A model generated the notes under the pieces. That model made no database searches. It was not told the DNA's origin and was given only the letters and a program-made list of their open reading frames with translations. From a virus, in the IMG/VR virus record IMGVR_UViG_3300029720_000418, positions 3,344 through 67,343 of that record: a stretch of 64,000 bases of DNA; one strand, written 5' to 3'. Numbering within the stretch: position 1 is the stretch's first letter; the number at the start of each line of letters is the position of its first letter. This document shows, one piece after another, positions 62,489 to 64,000 of this stretch. Position numbers and translations under genes: made by a program.

Positions 62489-64000
62489 ATGTCAGGTTCA
62501 ACAATTGCTATTATTATCATTATCGTGGCATTGCTGGTCATTTTATTTACCAGTTATGTCAAATCACCACCGGATAAGGCGTATATCATTTCCGGTTTAA
62601 GAAAGACACCGAAGATTCTGATTGGTAAAGCAGGCTTGAAGCTTCCGTTCTTCGAGCGGAAGGATGAACTGTTGATCAAGCAGATCAGTATCGATATCAA
62701 GACGGATGATTATGTTCCGACACTGGATTTCATCGGTGTTAACATTGATGCAGTTGCGAAAGTTAAGATCCGTACGGATGAAGAAGGTATGCAACTTGCC
62801 ATGAAGAATTTCCTGAATATGAAGGAACCGCAGATTATGGAAGCACTGGTGGATTCTCTGCAGGGTAATATGCGTGAGATTATCGGTACGATCAGTCTGA
62901 AGGAGTTGTGTAACGATCGTAAGTCCTTCGGTGATCAGGTGCAGGAGAAGGCGCAGGTGGATATGAATCGTCTGGGTATTGAGATTATTTCCTGCAACAT
63001 CCAGCATGTAGAGGATCAGAATGACCTGATTATCGCGCTTGGTCAGGATAACATGGCAGCAATCCAGAAGAATGCAAGTATCGCCAAGGCAAACGCAGAC
63101 CGTGATGTAGCGATCGCACAGGCACAGGCGAGAAAAGAAGCGAACGATGCAAAGGTATTATCCGATACGGAAATTGCCGTGAAGCAGAATGAGCTTTCTA
63201 TCAAGAAGGCAGAATTAAAGACAATCGAAGATACGAAGAATGCGGAAGCAGATGCGGCTTACGAGATTCAGAAGGAAGCACAGCGTAAGACAATCGAGGT
63301 TACAAAGACCGAGGCAGATATCGCACGTCAGGAGAAGGAAGTTGACCTGAAGAAGAAGGAAGCCGAGGTTATGGAGCAGTCCCTCGATGCGGATATTCGT
63401 AAGAAAGCGGAGGCGGACAAGTTCGCAAGACAGCAGCAGGCAGATGCGGAGCTTTACAAGCGTCAGAGAAATGCCGAGGCAGATAAGTTTGAGAAGCAGC
63501 AGGAAGCTGAGGCGAAGAAGGCACAGGCAGAGGCAGAGCTTTTCGCAAAGCAGCAGGAGGCAGCAGGTATCCGTGCAGTCGGCGAGGCAGAGGCGAAGGC
63601 AATCGAAGCCAAAGGTCTTGCAGAGGCAGAAGCCTTAGAGAAGAAAGCCGAAGCGATGAAGAAGTATGGTCAGGCAGCGATGGTGGAAATGATCGTGAAG
63701 GCATTGCCGGAGATGGCAAAGGCAATCGCAGAGCCACTCTCTACAATCGACAAGGTTACGATCATCGACGGCAACGGCGAAGGTTCCGGTGTCGGTTCGA
63801 TGGGGTCGTATGTGCCACAAGTCCTTGCAAAGACAATGGAGTCTGTGAAGGAAGTAACAGGTATCGATATCGCGGATATTATGCGTGCAAATACATACGA
63901 TGCAAAGGTTAACAAGAATGTGAACATCACAGGCCTGGATGGAATCAAGGTAGAAGCTCCTGCAGAGGCGGGAACTTCCGTAGATACAACTGTGGAGTAA
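62489..64000 (+). CDS. flotillin / SPFH (band-7) family protein
   Basis: N-terminal TM. SPFH domain. Long A/E/K-rich coiled-coil repeats (AEAEAKAIEAKGLAEAEAL). GC content is clearly higher than in the phage region. Confidence 0.75.
   Translation: MSGSTIAIIIIIVALLVILFTSYVKSPPDKAYIISGLRKTPKILIGKAGLKLPFFERKDELLIKQISIDIKTDDYVPTLDFIGVNIDAVAKVKIRTDEEGMQLAMKNFLNMKEPQIMEALVDSLQGNMREIIGTISLKELCNDRKSFGDQVQEKAQVDMNRLGIEIISCNIQHVEDQNDLIIALGQDNMAAIQKNASIAKANADRDVAIAQAQARKEANDAKVLSDTEIAVKQNELSIKKAELKTIEDTKNAEADAAYEIQKEAQRKTIEVTKTEADIARQEKEVDLKKKEAEVMEQSLDADIRKKAEADKFARQQQADAELYKRQRNAEADKFEKQQEAEAKKAQAEAELFAKQQEAAGIRAVGEAEAKAIEAKGLAEAEALEKKAEAMKKYGQAAMVEMIVKALPEMAKAIAEPLSTIDKVTIIDGNGEGSGVGSMGSYVPQVLAKTMESVKEVTGIDIADIMRANTYDAKVNKNVNITGLDGIKVEAPAEAGTSVDTTVE

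Overview
The window is almost entirely one low-GC (~37%) tailed-phage genome, about 60.6 kb, with every credible gene on the + strand. I read it as a siphovirus-type prophage or phage of a Firmicutes/Clostridia-like host. The order is as follows. (1) 1-9.9 kb: an early region of many tiny genes, mostly membrane peptides, each built as a cassette of terminator hairpin, a conserved 28-bp promoter-like motif (TTCGCGAAAATTACAT-N6-TATTATGA, 18 copies), an RBS and the gene. (2) 9.9-18 kb: replication genes, including a 1385-aa fusion of an SF3 P-loop helicase, an AEP primase-polymerase and a family-B DNA polymerase, plus an SSB-like protein and an SF2 helicase. (3) 18-30 kb: a moron-like zone with a Cys-rich hexapeptide-repeat protein, a split ThyX-like gene, a radical-SAM enzyme, Zn-ribbon proteins, and an XRE regulator preceded by an operator array. 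(4) 30-34 kb: two PD-(D/E)xK nucleases and a 991-aa protein carrying the beta-prime-type RNA-polymerase catalytic barrel motifs (RxPxxH and GADFDGD), i.e. a YonO/crAss-like single-subunit RNAP with HTH domains. (5) 34.5-60.6 kb: TerS-like, HNH, TerL, portal, a prohead protease-scaffold-capsid fusion, neck proteins, major tail protein, chaperone, a GH25-CW_7-LysM lysin placed inside the tail module, a 2313-aa tape measure protein, tail/baseplate/fibre proteins and a holin. A family of three lysine-rich paralogs (N-terminal HHGVxGxKWGVR) is scattered at module junctions, one of them inside the ThyX interruption. From about 60.7 kb the window has tandem ~115-bp repeats and a long hairpin, then GC-richer host-like genes (a DUF3592-like membrane protein and a flotillin/SPFH protein), which suggests a prophage right junction. 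All calls rest on reading the sequence and remembered motifs; no database search was possible.
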